Counted from the first letter of the stretch, positions 10,596 to 20,972 are shown. The stretch: 64,000 bases of DNA from an uncultured Candidatus Entotheonella sp. (GCA_965217185.1 OZ244252.1:1248001-1312000), one strand, 5' to 3'. Numbers and translations: made by a program. Notes: generated by a model not told the origin, from the sequence alone.

Positions 10596-11861
10596 ATGGC
10601 AACACCAGCATCCGATGTTAAAGACCTCTCCTTGGCAGACCAGGGACGCCGGCGCATAGATTGGGCGCTTCAGGAAATGCCCGTCCTGCGGCATTTGATG
10701 GAGCAGTTCAACGCCGAACGTCCGCTTGAGGGCGTGCGCATGAGTGGGTGTCTGCACATCACCACCGAGACGGCCAATTTGGCCCGTGCGCTCATCGTAG
10801 GAGGGGCGAAGCTGGTGTTGACGGCCAGCAATCCGCTCAGCACACAGGACGACGTGGCGGCGGCGCTCGTGCAGCATTACGACATCCCGACGTTTGCCAT
10901 CAAAGGTGAGAGCAACGAGGTGTATTACCAACACCTGAACGCCGCTCTGGAGCACCAACCGCAACTCACCATGGATGACGGCGCCGACCTGGTCAGCGTG
11001 CTGCATACCGACCGCCGCGAATTGTTGCCGAACGTGATCGGCGGCACGGAAGAAACCACCACCGGTGTCATTCGCTTGCGGGCCATGGCGGAGGACGGGG
11101 CGCTGCAGTTCCCAGTCATTTCCGTGAATGACGCCATGACGAAGCACTTCTTCGACAACCGTTACGGAACCGGTCAGAGCACGCTGGACGGCCTGCTGCG
11201 TTCCACCAACATCCTGCTGGCGGGCAAAACGTTTACGGTAGCCGGTTACGGCTGGTGCGGTAGGGGCATCGCCATGCGCGCCCGCGGCGCCGGCGCCAAT
11301 ATCATCGTCACCGAGGTGGATTCCCTGCGCGCCCTCGAGGCGGTGATGGACGGTTACCGGGTGATGCCGATGGTTGAGGCCGCTGCGCAGTCCGATTTTA
11401 TCGTGTCTGCCACGGGCGATAAGCACGTTATTGACGAGGCCCACTTCCAGGTGATGAAGGACGGTTGCGTGATTGCCAACTCGGGCCACTTCAACGTGGA
11501 GATCAACATCCCGGCCCTCGAGGCCATGGCGGTGGAGACCCGGCAGCCGAGGGAATTCATCGACGAGTACGAACTCGCCGATGGCCGCCGTTTGCGTCTG
11601 GTGGCTGAAGGACGGCTGGTCAACCTGGCCGCCGCCGAAGGGCACCCGGCAGCGGTGATGGACATGAGTTTCGCCAACCAAGCGCTCGGCGCCAAGTACG
11701 TCTATACCCATCGTGGGGAACTGGAAAAGCAGGTGTACCCGGTGCCACACGACATCGATATGGAAATCGCACGCTTCAAGCTTGCTGCCATGGGCGTCAA
11801 GCTCGACGCGTTGTCCGAGGAGCAGGAAGCATATCTGTCGTCGTGGCAGGAAGGCACGTAG
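10596..11861 (+). CDS. ahcY: S-adenosylhomocysteine hydrolase
   Basis: [59 protein letters not shown] 10596 after GAGGAG. Confidence 0.98.
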   Translation: MATPASDVKDLSLADQGRRRIDWALQEMPVLRHLMEQFNAERPLEGVRMSGCLHITTETANLARALIVGGAKLVLTASNPLSTQDDVAAALVQHYDIPTFAIKGESNEVYYQHLNAALEHQPQLTMDDGADLVSVLHTDRRELLPNVIGGTEETTTGVIRLRAMAEDGALQFPVISVNDAMTKHFFDNRYGTGQSTLDGLLRSTNILLAGKTFTVAGYGWCGRGIAMRARGAGANIIVTEVDSLRALEAVMDGYRVMPMVEAAAQSDFIVSATGDKHVIDEAHFQVMKDGCVIANSGHFNVEINIPALEAMAVETRQPREFIDEYELADGRRLRLVAEGRLVNLAAAEGHPAAVMDMSFANQALGAKYVYTHRGELEKQVYPVPHDIDMEIARFKLAAMGVKLDALSEEQEAYLSSWQEGT

Positions 11862-11922
11862 CCCATCCCCACTATCTCCCCCGCCTCGCGGTGCGGCCTG
11901 GCGCCGCGCCGCGAATCACAGG

Positions 11923-13467
11923 TCAGTGCGGCTGTTCTTGCCGCATATCCCGCAATATAGCTTGAGCGCAATTGTGTCCGGGAGCCCCGGTGATTTCGCC
12001 GCCTGGGTGCGTACCGGCGCCGCACAGGTAAAGCTGCGCTATCGGCGCCCGATAGGCCACCCGGCGTGAGAACGCTTGGCTCGGCACCACGTCGATATGT
12101 CGGATGTTGCCGTCGGTCATGCCGACGGCGGTTTCGATGTCCTCCGGGGTGCGAAGCGTCCAACTAATCAGGGTTTCCCGAAAGTTGGGGGCGTATTCAC
12201 ACAGCGTGGAGATGATCAACTCGGTGACCCGCTCACGAGCCTCGTCCCACGATTCGCCCGCCGGATGCCGCGGGTAGTACAGGGTCCAGCACGAGACGAC
12301 GTGTTGCCCCGGCGGCGCCAGGGTGGGGTCCCAGAGCGAGGGAATCTGCATGCGGATCAGGGGATGCTCAGCAGGCCGGCCTTGCCTGCAAGCATCCCAG
12401 CTTGCCTGGAAGTAGGCGACTGATGGGCAGATGCGCACATAGGTCGTTAGCTTGGGATCGTACCCGGCACCAAGGTATCGGGAAAAGTCGGGCAGGTCGC
12501 TTAGTGCCGCCAGGAATTTGACACAGTTGGCTCGCGTCCGCAGGTTGGTGATGCGCCGCAGGAACCCGTCGTCGAGCGATTGCGAGTCCACCAGGCTCAG
12601 GTAGGTGCGCTTGGGGTCGGCGTTGGAGACCACCACCGCGCTGCGGATTTCCTCACCGCCGACGAGCCGGACGCCGCGCGCCTTTCCATTCTCAACCAAG
12701 ACCCGCTCGACGCTCACCCCGGTGCGAATTTCGACGCCGCGTGCTTGCGCCGCGCCCGTCAGCGCTGCGGCCACGGCGTTCATGCCGCCCTTGGGGATGC
12801 CAAAATACTCGGGTTTGTTGAACCGCCGCATCCACATGATGTACGCGACGCTGAACACGCTGCCCGGCGCGCTCGGATCGCCCATGTCCTGGGCCTCGAC
12901 GAAGAACGCTTTCACCCGGTCGTCTTCGAAATAAAGGTCGAGCAGGTCGCTGACGCCGACCGTCAGCATGGTCTCCCACACTTCCTCGTCGGGGGTGCCG
13001 CGCACGTCCGCCGTCACCTGCGCAAAGGTGGGCGGCTCGGTGAAGAAGTAGCGGTATAGAATGCCGGCGGCGCGCTCCCAAAATGCGTTCCACGCCGGAA
13101 AGGCCCTGGCGTCGCGTTCCGACAGGCGCCGGATACCGTCCTGCGTCTGGCGGTCGTCGTGCCAGGACATCAGGTACGAGCCGTCCGGGAAGGGTTGAAA
13201 AGCCATCGGGTCGTAAGGATAGGTGGCGTAGCCGTGGCGGGGCAGGTCTAGCTCTTCGATCACCTTGGCTTGGAACATGTGGCAAACGTATGGGCAATAC
13301 GGCACCGTGAAGCCGGGATGAATCGTTTCGCCGACAATGGCGCCGCCAGTGCGGTCGAGCCGTTCCAGCACCAGCACGGACAGCCCCTCTTGGGCCAGAT
13401 AACTGGCGCAGACCAAGCCATTATGCCCGGCGCCGATGACGATTGCGTCGTACTGGGTTTCCCCCAC
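11923..13467 (-). CDS. Phytoene-dehydrogenase-like NAD(P)/FAD oxidoreductase
   Basis: IGAGHNGLV..YLA, PKGGMNAV, VVSNADP, LYLCGAGTHPGG. Confidence 0.9.
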   Translation of the reverse strand: MGETQYDAIVIGAGHNGLVCASYLAQEGLSVLVLERLDRTGGAIVGETIHPGFTVPYCPYVCHMFQAKVIEELDLPRHGYATYPYDPMAFQPFPDGSYLMSWHDDRQTQDGIRRLSERDARAFPAWNAFWERAAGILYRYFFTEPPTFAQVTADVRGTPDEEVWETMLTVGVSDLLDLYFEDDRVKAFFVEAQDMGDPSAPGSVFSVAYIMWMRRFNKPEYFGIPKGGMNAVAAALTGAAQARGVEIRTGVSVERVLVENGKARGVRLVGGEEIRSAVVVSNADPKRTYLSLVDSQSLDDGFLRRITNLRTRANCVKFLAALSDLPDFSRYLGAGYDPKLTTYVRICPSVAYFQASWDACRQGRPAEHPLIRMQIPSLWDPTLAPPGQHVVSCWTLYYPRHPAGESWDEARERVTELIISTLCEYAPNFRETLISWTLRTPEDIETAVGMTDGNIRHIDVVPSQAFSRRVAYRAPIAQLYLCGAGTHPGGEITGAPGHNCAQAILRDMRQEQPH

Positions 13468-13605
13468 GTCTTGCCCTCCCCGTCCGTGTCCATGTCATCC
13501 CGCCGCGTCGGGGTTGACACCGCCGGACAATGTTTCTACGCTCATTCTGTCGAACGACAACCGAATTCGGCCCGCCCTCAGTTTTCCTCAGACAGACGAT
13601 ACCCG

Positions 13606-14022
13606 ATGAATCCATTCAACTTGCCGGTGCGGGAAACCTCTTCCCTGGATGTGATCTACGCCACCATTGGGGAAGAAGGCATCACCCGCATCACTGAAGC
13701 GTTCTATCAGCAAGTGGCCACCGACGACCTGCTCGCCCCGATGTATCCCAAGGATGACCTGCAAGGCTCGGAACAGCGCCTGCGCGATTTTCTCCTTTAT
13801 CGTTTCGGCGGTCCACAGCTCTACATCGAGACGCGCGGCCATCCGCGCCTGCGCATGCGGCACGCCTCCTTTCCGGTCGACCAACGCGCTCGCGACCGCT
13901 GGATTTCGCTCATGGACAACGCCCTGCAAACAGCGGCGCTGCCTGCCGATATCACCGCCATACTGCAAGAATTCTTCCGCCACGTCGCCACGTTTCTGAT
14001 CAACCGTGATGCAGGCCCCTGA
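13606..14022 (+). CDS. Group II truncated hemoglobin (GlbO/trHbO)
   Basis: IG-EEG, FY, FGGPQLY, RGHPRLRMRH, RDRW, HVATFLIN; real start at ATG 13606 within ORF 13270..14022. Confidence 0.92.
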   Translation: MNPFNLPVRETSSLDVIYATIGEEGITRITEAFYQQVATDDLLAPMYPKDDLQGSEQRLRDFLLYRFGGPQLYIETRGHPRLRMRHASFPVDQRARDRWISLMDNALQTAALPADITAILQEFFRHVATFLINRDAGP

Positions 14023-14060
14023 ACATCATCCATTCCGCACACCCGACAGAAGGAAGCACC

Positions 14061-14729
14061 ATGCGGTTTTCCAAATACTTGCGTCAGCAAGCCGATCCCA
14101 TATTCGAGGCCATTTTCGCCCACCCGTTTGTTCGCGGCATCGCCAACGGCGATCTCACCAGCGAGCAACTTGCCCATTACGTGAGGCAGGATTTTCAATA
14201 CCTCAACGTCTTCTGTCAAATCTACGGGCTGGCCATTGCCAAGGCCTCGACACGTGAGGACATGGCTTTTTTCCATCAGCGCATGACGTTCATCCTACAC
14301 AGCGAAACGCACCCGCACCACAATTTCGCCGACGTCGCCGGCTACAAGCTGGAGGATCTGGAACACGCTGACCTTCTGCCTACGTCGCGCAACTACACGC
14401 GCCACATGCTGCACGTGGCCCACAGTGGCACGTTGGGAGAGCTTCTCGCCGTCCTGCTGCCCTGCCCTCTCACTTACTGGGAGATTGGCCGCAAGCTACA
14501 GCAGGAGATGAAGCCCGACGACAACCACCCGTTCAAGCCATGGATCGATTTTTACGCGGCGCACGGCAGCGAGGAGATCAGCGAGTTGTTCCTGGGGCGG
14601 CTCGACGCCTACGCCGCGCGAGCCCACGAGACGGAAAAGGCGCGCATGGAGGATCATTTCCTCACCAGTTGCCGGATGGAATATATGTTCTGGGATATGG
14701 CATATAATCTTGAATCCTGGCCGGTGTGA
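14061..14729 (+). CDS. tenA: Thiaminase II / aminopyrimidine aminohydrolase
   Basis: HPFVRGI, YVRQDFQYL, catalytic Cys in LLPCPLTY, WIDFY, EYMFWDMAY. Confidence 0.92.
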   Translation: MRFSKYLRQQADPIFEAIFAHPFVRGIANGDLTSEQLAHYVRQDFQYLNVFCQIYGLAIAKASTREDMAFFHQRMTFILHSETHPHHNFADVAGYKLEDLEHADLLPTSRNYTRHMLHVAHSGTLGELLAVLLPCPLTYWEIGRKLQQEMKPDDNHPFKPWIDFYAAHGSEEISELFLGRLDAYAARAHETEKARMEDHFLTSCRMEYMFWDMAYNLESWPV

Positions 14730-14779
14730 CGGCTCATCCTCCCTGGCCAGACGCGCTTACCTCCGCTTGGGACTTCGGC

Positions 14780-15451
14780 ATGCGGCTTCTGGTGATTGAA
14801 GACGAACAGAAGGTGGCCAACTTCATCAAGCAGGGTCTGGAAGAGGAAGGCTACGCGGTAGACCACGCCGCCGACGGGGCCAGCGGGCTGCAGATGGCGC
14901 TGGAGGGGTTGCACGACGTCATCGTGCTGGACGTCATGCTGCCGAAGCTCGATGGCCTGAGCGTGCTACAACAGTTGCGGCAGGAAAAGGTCACCACGCC
15001 TGTTTTGCTGCTGACCGTGCGCGCCACCATTGAGGACAAGGTGCTGGGGCTCGACGCCGGTGCCGACGACTACCTCACCAAGCCGTTCGCCTTCGAGGAG
15101 TTCGTCGCCCGTGTGCGGGCCCTGCTGCGGCGCCGGGCTGAAACCGCGTCCCCCATCCTGCAGGTCGCCAACTTGGCGCTCGATCCCGCGCGCCGTGTGG
15201 TGTCGCGGGGCGACCAGAAGATCGAGCTGACCCCCCGCGAGTTCACCCTGCTCGACTATTTCATGCGCAATCCTGATCGGGTGCTTACCCGTACCATGAT
15301 CGCCAACCGCGTGTGGGATTACACCTTTGACACCACCACCAACGTTATCGACGTCTACGTCAATTACCTACGCAAGAAGATCGACACCGGGCACGACACC
15401 AAGCTGCTCCACACTGTGCGGGGTGTGGGCTACGTCATGAGAGTGCCCTGA
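14780..15451 (+). CDS. OmpR-family response regulator (CusR/MprA-like)
   Basis: MRLLVIEDE, LDVMLP, GADDYLTKPF, winged helix LTPREF...TVRGVGY. Confidence 0.95.
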   Translation: MRLLVIEDEQKVANFIKQGLEEEGYAVDHAADGASGLQMALEGLHDVIVLDVMLPKLDGLSVLQQLRQEKVTTPVLLLTVRATIEDKVLGLDAGADDYLTKPFAFEEFVARVRALLRRRAETASPILQVANLALDPARRVVSRGDQKIELTPREFTLLDYFMRNPDRVLTRTMIANRVWDYTFDTTTNVIDVYVNYLRKKIDTGHDTKLLHTVRGVGYVMRVP

Positions 15452-15454
15452 GCC

Positions 15455-16864
15455 ATGCCGGCCCTCTCCATTCGCGCCCGCCTCACCCTGTGGTATTCCG
15501 CCCTGCTGACTGTCACCGTGCTCATTCTGGCCGGTGCCGCGTACGTCCTGCTGTGGTACGGCAGCATGCAGGATATGGACGACGCCCTGCAGGGCGTTGC
15601 GCGGGCGCTGGAGCAACAAGCGCCGCGGCGCGGCAGCCCATTCGTACCTGCGGACGTTGACGCGCTGTTCCGGCGTTTTTTCGGCTTTTCGCCCTGGGAC
15701 CGTTACGTGCAGCGCCGCGACCTGCTGAGCCCCCCTGACCCGCGTCGCCGTCGGGCACCTTCCGGCACGTTGCCGCTCAGCCCCGACGCGAGGCGCAATG
15801 CCGCCGCTGGACGGGAGACGTACGAGACGGTGGAAGGCTTGGCCGAATATCCGGTGCGGGTATTAACCAAACCGGTGCTCGCCGGCGGTCGGGTACGTAA
15901 CGTCATCCAGGTGGGCATGTCGCAGGAGAATCTGTACGCCACCCGGCGCCGATTCCTTTGGATCATGGCGGCAGTGCTGCCGTTCGGCCTGCTGTTGGCG
16001 ACCGGGGGCGGCTGGGCGCTGGCGCGGCGGGCGCTCGCCCCGGTTGAACACATGGTGGAAGCGGCGCGGCGCATCAGTGCCGAGCATCTGGCCGAACGCC
16101 TTGAGGAAAGCGGCACCGGCGATGAACTGGACCGGCTTTCCGGGGTGCTGAATGCCATGCTCGAACGCCTCGATCTGTCGTTTCGGCAAATGCGGCAGTT
16201 CAGCGCCGACGCCTCGCACGAACTACAAACGCCCCTGACTATTCTGCAGGGCGAGTTGGAGGTGGCGCTGCGCAGCCCGCGCACCCCGGAGGCGTATCGG
16301 GAGGTCATCAAGAGCGCCCTGCAAGAGATTGACCGCATGGCTGTTCTGGTGGAGGGTCTGTTGCTGTTGGCGCGGGCCGATGCCGGTATGCTGCGGTTGG
16401 ACCTGAAGCCGATGGACGCGGCGCAGTTGCTCGCCGAGGTTTACGAACGTACGCAGATTCTGGCGCAATCGCGCTCCATCACCCTCGACCTCGAAGCCCT
16501 TGAGCCGCGTATCGTTTTTGGCGACCGCGAGCGGCTGCGGCGCGTGCTGCTCAACCTCGTCGATAACGCCATCAAATACACCCCTGCCGGGGGCCGCGTC
16601 ACCCTGTCGCTTCGGGAGCGCGACGGTCAAGTCAGTCTGTCGGTGCGCGACACCGGCATTGGTCTGTCGGAGACCGAGCAGGAGCACGTCTTCCAACGCT
16701 TCCACCGCGCCGGTTCGGCCCGCGACCACGGCGCCCAGGGCTCCGGGCTGGGGCTGTGCATCGCCCGCTCCATCGCCGAGGCGCACGGCGGCACGCTACA
16801 GGTCGCCAGCCGACGCGGCGAGGGCAGCACGTTCACGGTGTGCCTGCCGCGCCTGGCTGAATGA
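15455..16864 (+). CDS. HAMP sensor histidine kinase
   Basis: Two TM helices, HAMP, ASHELQTPL H-box, NLVDNAIKY, GSGLGL. Confidence 0.95.
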   Translation: MPALSIRARLTLWYSALLTVTVLILAGAAYVLLWYGSMQDMDDALQGVARALEQQAPRRGSPFVPADVDALFRRFFGFSPWDRYVQRRDLLSPPDPRRRRAPSGTLPLSPDARRNAAAGRETYETVEGLAEYPVRVLTKPVLAGGRVRNVIQVGMSQENLYATRRRFLWIMAAVLPFGLLLATGGGWALARRALAPVEHMVEAARRISAEHLAERLEESGTGDELDRLSGVLNAMLERLDLSFRQMRQFSADASHELQTPLTILQGELEVALRSPRTPEAYREVIKSALQEIDRMAVLVEGLLLLARADAGMLRLDLKPMDAAQLLAEVYERTQILAQSRSITLDLEALEPRIVFGDRERLRRVLLNLVDNAIKYTPAGGRVTLSLRERDGQVSLSVRDTGIGLSETEQEHVFQRFHRAGSARDHGAQGSGLGLCIARSIAEAHGGTLQVASRRGEGSTFTVCLPRLAE

Positions 16865-16896
16865 CCCCCGTTCGCGGCTGCGCTGCATGAGAAATT

Positions 16897-16946
16897 TCTA
16901 AGGATTCTCTCATTGAATTCTTAATGCTCTCTCATTTGGTTTTCAC
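16897..16946 (+). promoter_or_regulatory. Five 11-bp-phased hexamer direct repeats upstream of the DegP gene; probable OmpR-family operator
   Basis: TCTAAG (16897), TCTCAT (16908), TCTTAA (16919), TCTCAT (16930), TTTCAC (16941). Confidence 0.65.
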
Positions 16947-17044
16947 CCCGCGGTGTCATATTCCCCTCCGTAAGCAGCAGCACCGGCACGCCGTGCCAAC
17001 CAGGCTGGCTGGCCACATCCAATGCTTTATCAACGGAGGTTGAC

Positions 17045-18559
17045 ATGTCATACCGAGCATTTCTGAACAAACGATGGGGAATCGGTGTCCTGGCCACGGC
17101 GCTGGCGGTCTGTCTCCTGGGCGGCCTCGTGATTGCCAAGGAGATGCGCAACACTCCCGCCGCCGGCGAAGCCGCTGCACCGGCCATGCCGGCCGTGCGG
17201 ACGGCTCCTGACTCCTTCGCCGAACTGGCGAGTAAACTGGGGCCGAGCGTAGTCAACGTCAAAGTAACCAGGATGACTGAAGGGGTATCCTGGAACGCGC
17301 CCGAGGGGTTTGAACAAGGCCCATTTGAGCATTTCTATCGCCGTTTCTTCGACGACGAGCAGCGCCAGCACCGCGGGCGTGATTATCGCCCCGGTCATTC
17401 TCCCCGGCGTCGCCCCGGCCATTTTCGGCAACACGGCAACGGCTCCGGCGTCATCATTGACGCCGAGGGGCATATCCTCACGAATAATCACGTCGTCGAG
17501 CGCGCTGAGGACGTCAGGGTGGCCCTGACCGACGGCCGCGAGTATGAAGCGCGTGTCGTCGGACGCGACCCCAAGACGGACCTGGCGGTGCTGCAAGTGG
17601 ACGTGACCGAGGCGCTGCCGGTGGCGACGCTGGGTAGTTCCGACACCCTAAGGGTGGGCGATTGGGTCATGGCCATCGGTAATCCGTTCGGCCTGAGCCA
17701 TACGGTGACGGCGGGCATCGTGAGCGGTAAGGGCCGCATCATCGGCGCCGGCCCGTATGACGACTTCATCCAGACCGACGCCTCGATCAACCCCGGCAAC
17801 TCCGGTGGGCCGCTGTTCAACATGCGCGGCGAGGTGGTTGGCATCAACACGGCCATGGTGCCGCACGGAAGCGGCATCGGCTTTGCCATCCCCATCGACA
17901 CCGCCAAGCCGTTGATTCCGCAGATGGTGGCTACCGGAAGCGTGACGCGCGGTTTCTTGGGTGTCTCCATCCAGTCCATCACCCCGGATTTGGCGGAAGC
18001 CCTGAAGCTCGACGGAACCCAAGGCGCCCTGGTTGGCGAGGTGTTGCCCGACAGCCCGGCGACGCGGGCGGGCTTGCAGAGCGGCGACGTCATCACGGCG
18101 TTCGATGGCAAGGAGGTCCCTTCCTCGCAAGACCTGCCGGGCATAGTCGCCGAAACCCCGGTTGGCCAGGAGGTGACCGTCACCGTGCAGCGCCAGGGCG
18201 AATCGCTTGACCTCGCGGTGACCGTCGGCAAGATGCACGCCGAAACGGCCCAGGCGATCGATAGGCCGGAATCCGGCCGCGGCAACCTCGGCCTCTACCT
18301 GCGCGACCGGCAGGCCGACTCCCGCGGCGATGACGACCTTGCGCTCGCCAATGGCGTCTTGGTGACCCGCGTGCAGCCCGGCAGCCCCGCCGCGGCGTCC
18401 GGCATTCGCGGCGGCGACGTCATTTTGCAAGTGGACCAGAATCCCGTCGATTCCATCGCCGACGTGAAGCAGGTGCTGGCCGAGACGGACGAGGAATCGC
18501 CACTCGTTCTGCTCGTCAAGCGCGGCGAGGGCAGCTTTTACGTCGTGCTTAAAGCGTAG
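17045..18559 (+). CDS. DegP/DegQ (HtrA) serine endoprotease with two PDZ domains
   Basis: TNNHVV, DLAVL, QTDASINPGNSGGPL catalytic motifs; two PDZ repeats; N-terminal signal/anchor. Confidence 0.95.
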   Translation: MSYRAFLNKRWGIGVLATALAVCLLGGLVIAKEMRNTPAAGEAAAPAMPAVRTAPDSFAELASKLGPSVVNVKVTRMTEGVSWNAPEGFEQGPFEHFYRRFFDDEQRQHRGRDYRPGHSPRRRPGHFRQHGNGSGVIIDAEGHILTNNHVVERAEDVRVALTDGREYEARVVGRDPKTDLAVLQVDVTEALPVATLGSSDTLRVGDWVMAIGNPFGLSHTVTAGIVSGKGRIIGAGPYDDFIQTDASINPGNSGGPLFNMRGEVVGINTAMVPHGSGIGFAIPIDTAKPLIPQMVATGSVTRGFLGVSIQSITPDLAEALKLDGTQGALVGEVLPDSPATRAGLQSGDVITAFDGKEVPSSQDLPGIVAETPVGQEVTVTVQRQGESLDLAVTVGKMHAETAQAIDRPESGRGNLGLYLRDRQADSRGDDDLALANGVLVTRVQPGSPAAASGIRGGDVILQVDQNPVDSIADVKQVLAETDEESPLVLLVKRGEGSFYVVLKA

Positions 18560-18587
18560 CGGTCCTCGCAGGCAAGAAGGTGTGGTG

Positions 18588-18697
18588 CCCCCTCTCCCTG
18601 CCCTTCCCGTTTTCTCCCTCCTCCGGGGAGGGTTAGGGCGAGGGGGAATTTCCAAGAACCCGCTGCCCGGATTTTGCAACCCTCCCCCCAGCCCTGC
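18588..18697. repeat. CCCTCTCCC/GGGAGGG-type intergenic palindromic repeat at the left edge of the defence island
   Basis: CCCCTCTCCCTGCCCTTCCC...CTCCCTCCTCCGGGGAGGGTTAGGGCGAGGGG...CCCTCCCCCAGCCC. Confidence 0.5.
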
Positions 18698-18766
18698 CAT
18701 ACTGCGGTCGAGTGACGCCTCTCCCGGAACACGACCGCATCCCGCCTTTGTAACGGAGTCCCGAAC

Positions 18767-19252
18767 ATGACATCCAAGAAAACGCTCTATCTGGCGAACC
18801 CCTACGGCTTCTCATCACAGCAGCGTGAAGGACCTTTGGCAGCGCTCGTGACGGCGCTGGAAACGCTGGGTGCCGAGGTCTGGGAACCGTTCGCCCGCAA
18901 CAACCAGATCGACCGTGCCAGCCCCGGCTGGGCCTACCAAATCGGGCAGGCCGATTTGCGCGACGTGCGCGACGCCGACGGGCTGTTCGCGGTGGTCAAC
19001 GGCTGCCCGCCGGACGAGGGCGTCATGGTGGAGCTGGGCATGGCCATCGCCTGGGAGAAGCCAGTCTTTCTCTTTCGCGACGACTTCCGCCGCTGCACCG
19101 ACAGCGAGACCTATCCCCTCAACCTGATGCTCTTCACTGGCCTCCCCCAAACCGGCTGGGAAGCCTGGTGGTACGCTTCGATCGACGAGATTGCTGACCC
19201 CGACAAAGGCCTGGCGCGCTGGCTGCGGGACGATGCAAGGAGACCGCAATGA
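18767..19252 (+). CDS. Nucleoside 2-deoxyribosyltransferase family protein
   Basis: YLANPYGFS, DLRDVRDAD, PPDEGVMVELGMAIA, YPLNLML. Confidence 0.88.
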   Translation: MTSKKTLYLANPYGFSSQQREGPLAALVTALETLGAEVWEPFARNNQIDRASPGWAYQIGQADLRDVRDADGLFAVVNGCPPDEGVMVELGMAIAWEKPVFLFRDDFRRCTDSETYPLNLMLFTGLPQTGWEAWWYASIDEIADPDKGLARWLRDDARRPQ

Positions 19253-19461
19253 ACTGCATTCACTGTCGGGGGCGGATGCAGCGCTCCAAAGTGCCCTTCG
19301 ATGTTGATCGAAACGGCTACCACCTACTGTTCGATACAGTCCCGGCCTGGGTCTGTAGCCAGTGCGGCGAGGCATATTTCGAGGAACGCGAAGTCGCCAC
19401 CGTACAGAGCGCCATCAGGGGACTCGACCGGCAGGCCCGGCGGCTTGACGCGGATGTCTGA
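19249..19461 (+). CDS. YgiT-type zinc finger protein (MqsA-like antitoxin), copy 1
   Basis: CxxC...VPAWVCxxCGE; ATGA-coupled to the preceding gene. Confidence 0.88.
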   Translation: MNCIHCRGRMQRSKVPFDVDRNGYHLLFDTVPAWVCSQCGEAYFEEREVATVQSAIRGLDRQARRLDADV

Positions 19462-19514
19462 GGCGACTAGGTAACTCCAGGGTTGCAAGCAAGCCAGGAT
19501 ATGGGGAAAGCCAA

Positions 19515-19718
19515 GTGACAACGAAACGAACCCTGTTGGGTGAAGAAATCGAGATAGCACTGGGAGAGGTGTTTGCGTATATGCGTGGGGAGGATGTTCT
19601 ACCCTGCCGAACGGTATATGGTCCGCTCGCGGATAAGGAACACCAGAGTTCGGCAACACGACCGTTAAAGACGAACCGCAAGGAGAACCGTTATGGAGCT
19701 TCACGAACTTGTCCTTGA
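19515..19718 (+). CDS. Small antitoxin-like protein or fragment
   Basis: LGEEIEIALGEVFAYMRGE resembles the N-terminus of XRE-type antitoxins; no HTH follows. Confidence 0.4.
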   Translation: MTTKRTLLGEEIEIALGEVFAYMRGEDVLPCRTVYGPLADKEHQSSATRPLKTNRKENRYGASRTCP

Positions 19719-19962
19719 GATGAAGCAGCTTGAACGGCGGCTCATGCTCTACGAGAAGAAATACGGCATTCTCAGCCAGGATTTTTGCGACGCCCTGAAA
19801 GCGGGAAAGCTGTCGCGCTACGACGATTTCGACGAAACCCGAACCGATTTCAGCCGCTGGAAAGGCATTTACGAAACTTGGCAACGCCGCAAAGTAGCCT
19901 ACCGCGAGCAACTCCAACAAGGTGACCCAGCCGACGTACTGCGTGTGCAACCCGTCTATTGA
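19693..19962 (+). CDS. TumA-like small helical antitoxin
   Basis: RLMLYEKKYGILSQDF...GKL...DFSRW pattern; AGGAG RBS; no cognate toxin adjacent. Confidence 0.6.
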   Translation: MELHELVLEMKQLERRLMLYEKKYGILSQDFCDALKAGKLSRYDDFDETRTDFSRWKGIYETWQRRKVAYREQLQQGDPADVLRVQPVY

Positions 19963-20081
19963 TATAGCCTAAAATCCCCTCGAATCGCTTGCCGATGATG
20001 GTTACTTTGTGGCTGCAACCTCGAATCGTCCTTGCGAACTGAACGATGGCGTTTCACCGTTACACGTAGTACGTTCTTGCC

Positions 20082-20357
20082 ATGATTCAGTCGTGGCGCA
20101 ACACTGCAAGTCGTAAAGTTTGGGAAGGCGAGCGGCCAAACCGACTTCGTAGCCTGGATTTCGATGCGGCTATTGATTTGTTGCTCGCGCTGAATGCCGT
20201 TGAGACCCTTCGGGACCTGAGTCCGCTCAAGAGCGTCGGGTTGCACAAGCTCAAGGGCGAGCGCAAAGGACAATGGGCCATGACGGTGAACGGACCTTGG
20301 CGCATTTGCTTCGAGTTCCGTAGGGGAAATGCGTTTAACGTCGAGATCGTCAATTAA
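20082..20357 (+). CDS. higB: HigB (RelE superfamily) toxin
   Basis: LHKLKGERKGQWAMTVNGPWRICFEF...NVEIV. Confidence 0.92.
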   Translation: MIQSWRNTASRKVWEGERPNRLRSLDFDAAIDLLLALNAVETLRDLSPLKSVGLHKLKGERKGQWAMTVNGPWRICFEFRRGNAFNVEIVN

Positions 20358-20373
20358 CACAGAGGATAAAACG

Positions 20374-20658
20374 ATGCCACCTGTCTCACACCCTGGCCGA
20401 CTGCTGAAGCGCGAGTTGGAAGCGCGCCGCCTGAGCGCCAACCGATTAGCCTTGGCCCTCAGCGTTCCTTCCGGCCGCGTCACGGACATCTTGAACGGCC
20501 GCCGCTCAATCACTGCCGAGACTGCGGTGCGGCTTGGCCGCTATTTCGGCAATTCCCCCCGCTTCTGGCTCGAACTCCAAAGCCAATACGACATCGCTCT
20601 GGTTGAACGTGACAGCGGTGCGGAAATAGACAGGCAAGTGCAACCTGCCGGTGCCTGA
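20374..20658 (+). CDS. higA: HigA antitoxin (XRE HTH)
   Basis: HPGRLLKREL, ILNGRRSITAETAVRL, FWLELQSQYD; ATG 20374 after GAGGA. Confidence 0.93.
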   Translation: MPPVSHPGRLLKRELEARRLSANRLALALSVPSGRVTDILNGRRSITAETAVRLGRYFGNSPRFWLELQSQYDIALVERDSGAEIDRQVQPAGA

Positions 20659-20711
20659 CACCCATGCCTGGGCGATCACAAGTTGAGAAGGACACCACGG
20701 GAGGAGCCGCT

Positions 20712-20972
20712 ATGGCCCAAACGAGCGAAAGCGTGGAGCCCACAATCGGGAACGGCGTGTTTCACAGCAAGGTGGGATTTGTGAGCGGCACGCCCATTTT
20801 TTTTGGAACCCGCGTGCCCCTGAAGAACCTGTTTGATTATCTGGCGGGTGGGCGCAGTCTGGATGAATTTCTGGACGATTTCCCGGGCGTCAGCCGCGAG
20901 CAGGCAATAAAGACGCTGGATATGGCAAGGGAAGTCCTGGAGCGGGTTGCTTATGAGACTGCTGCTCGATGA
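20712..20972 (+). CDS. DUF433 family antitoxin
   Basis: SGTPIFFGTRVP...LDEFLDDFPGVSREQ. Confidence 0.9.
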   Translation: MAQTSESVEPTIGNGVFHSKVGFVSGTPIFFGTRVPLKNLFDYLAGGRSLDEFLDDFPGVSREQAIKTLDMAREVLERVAYETAAR

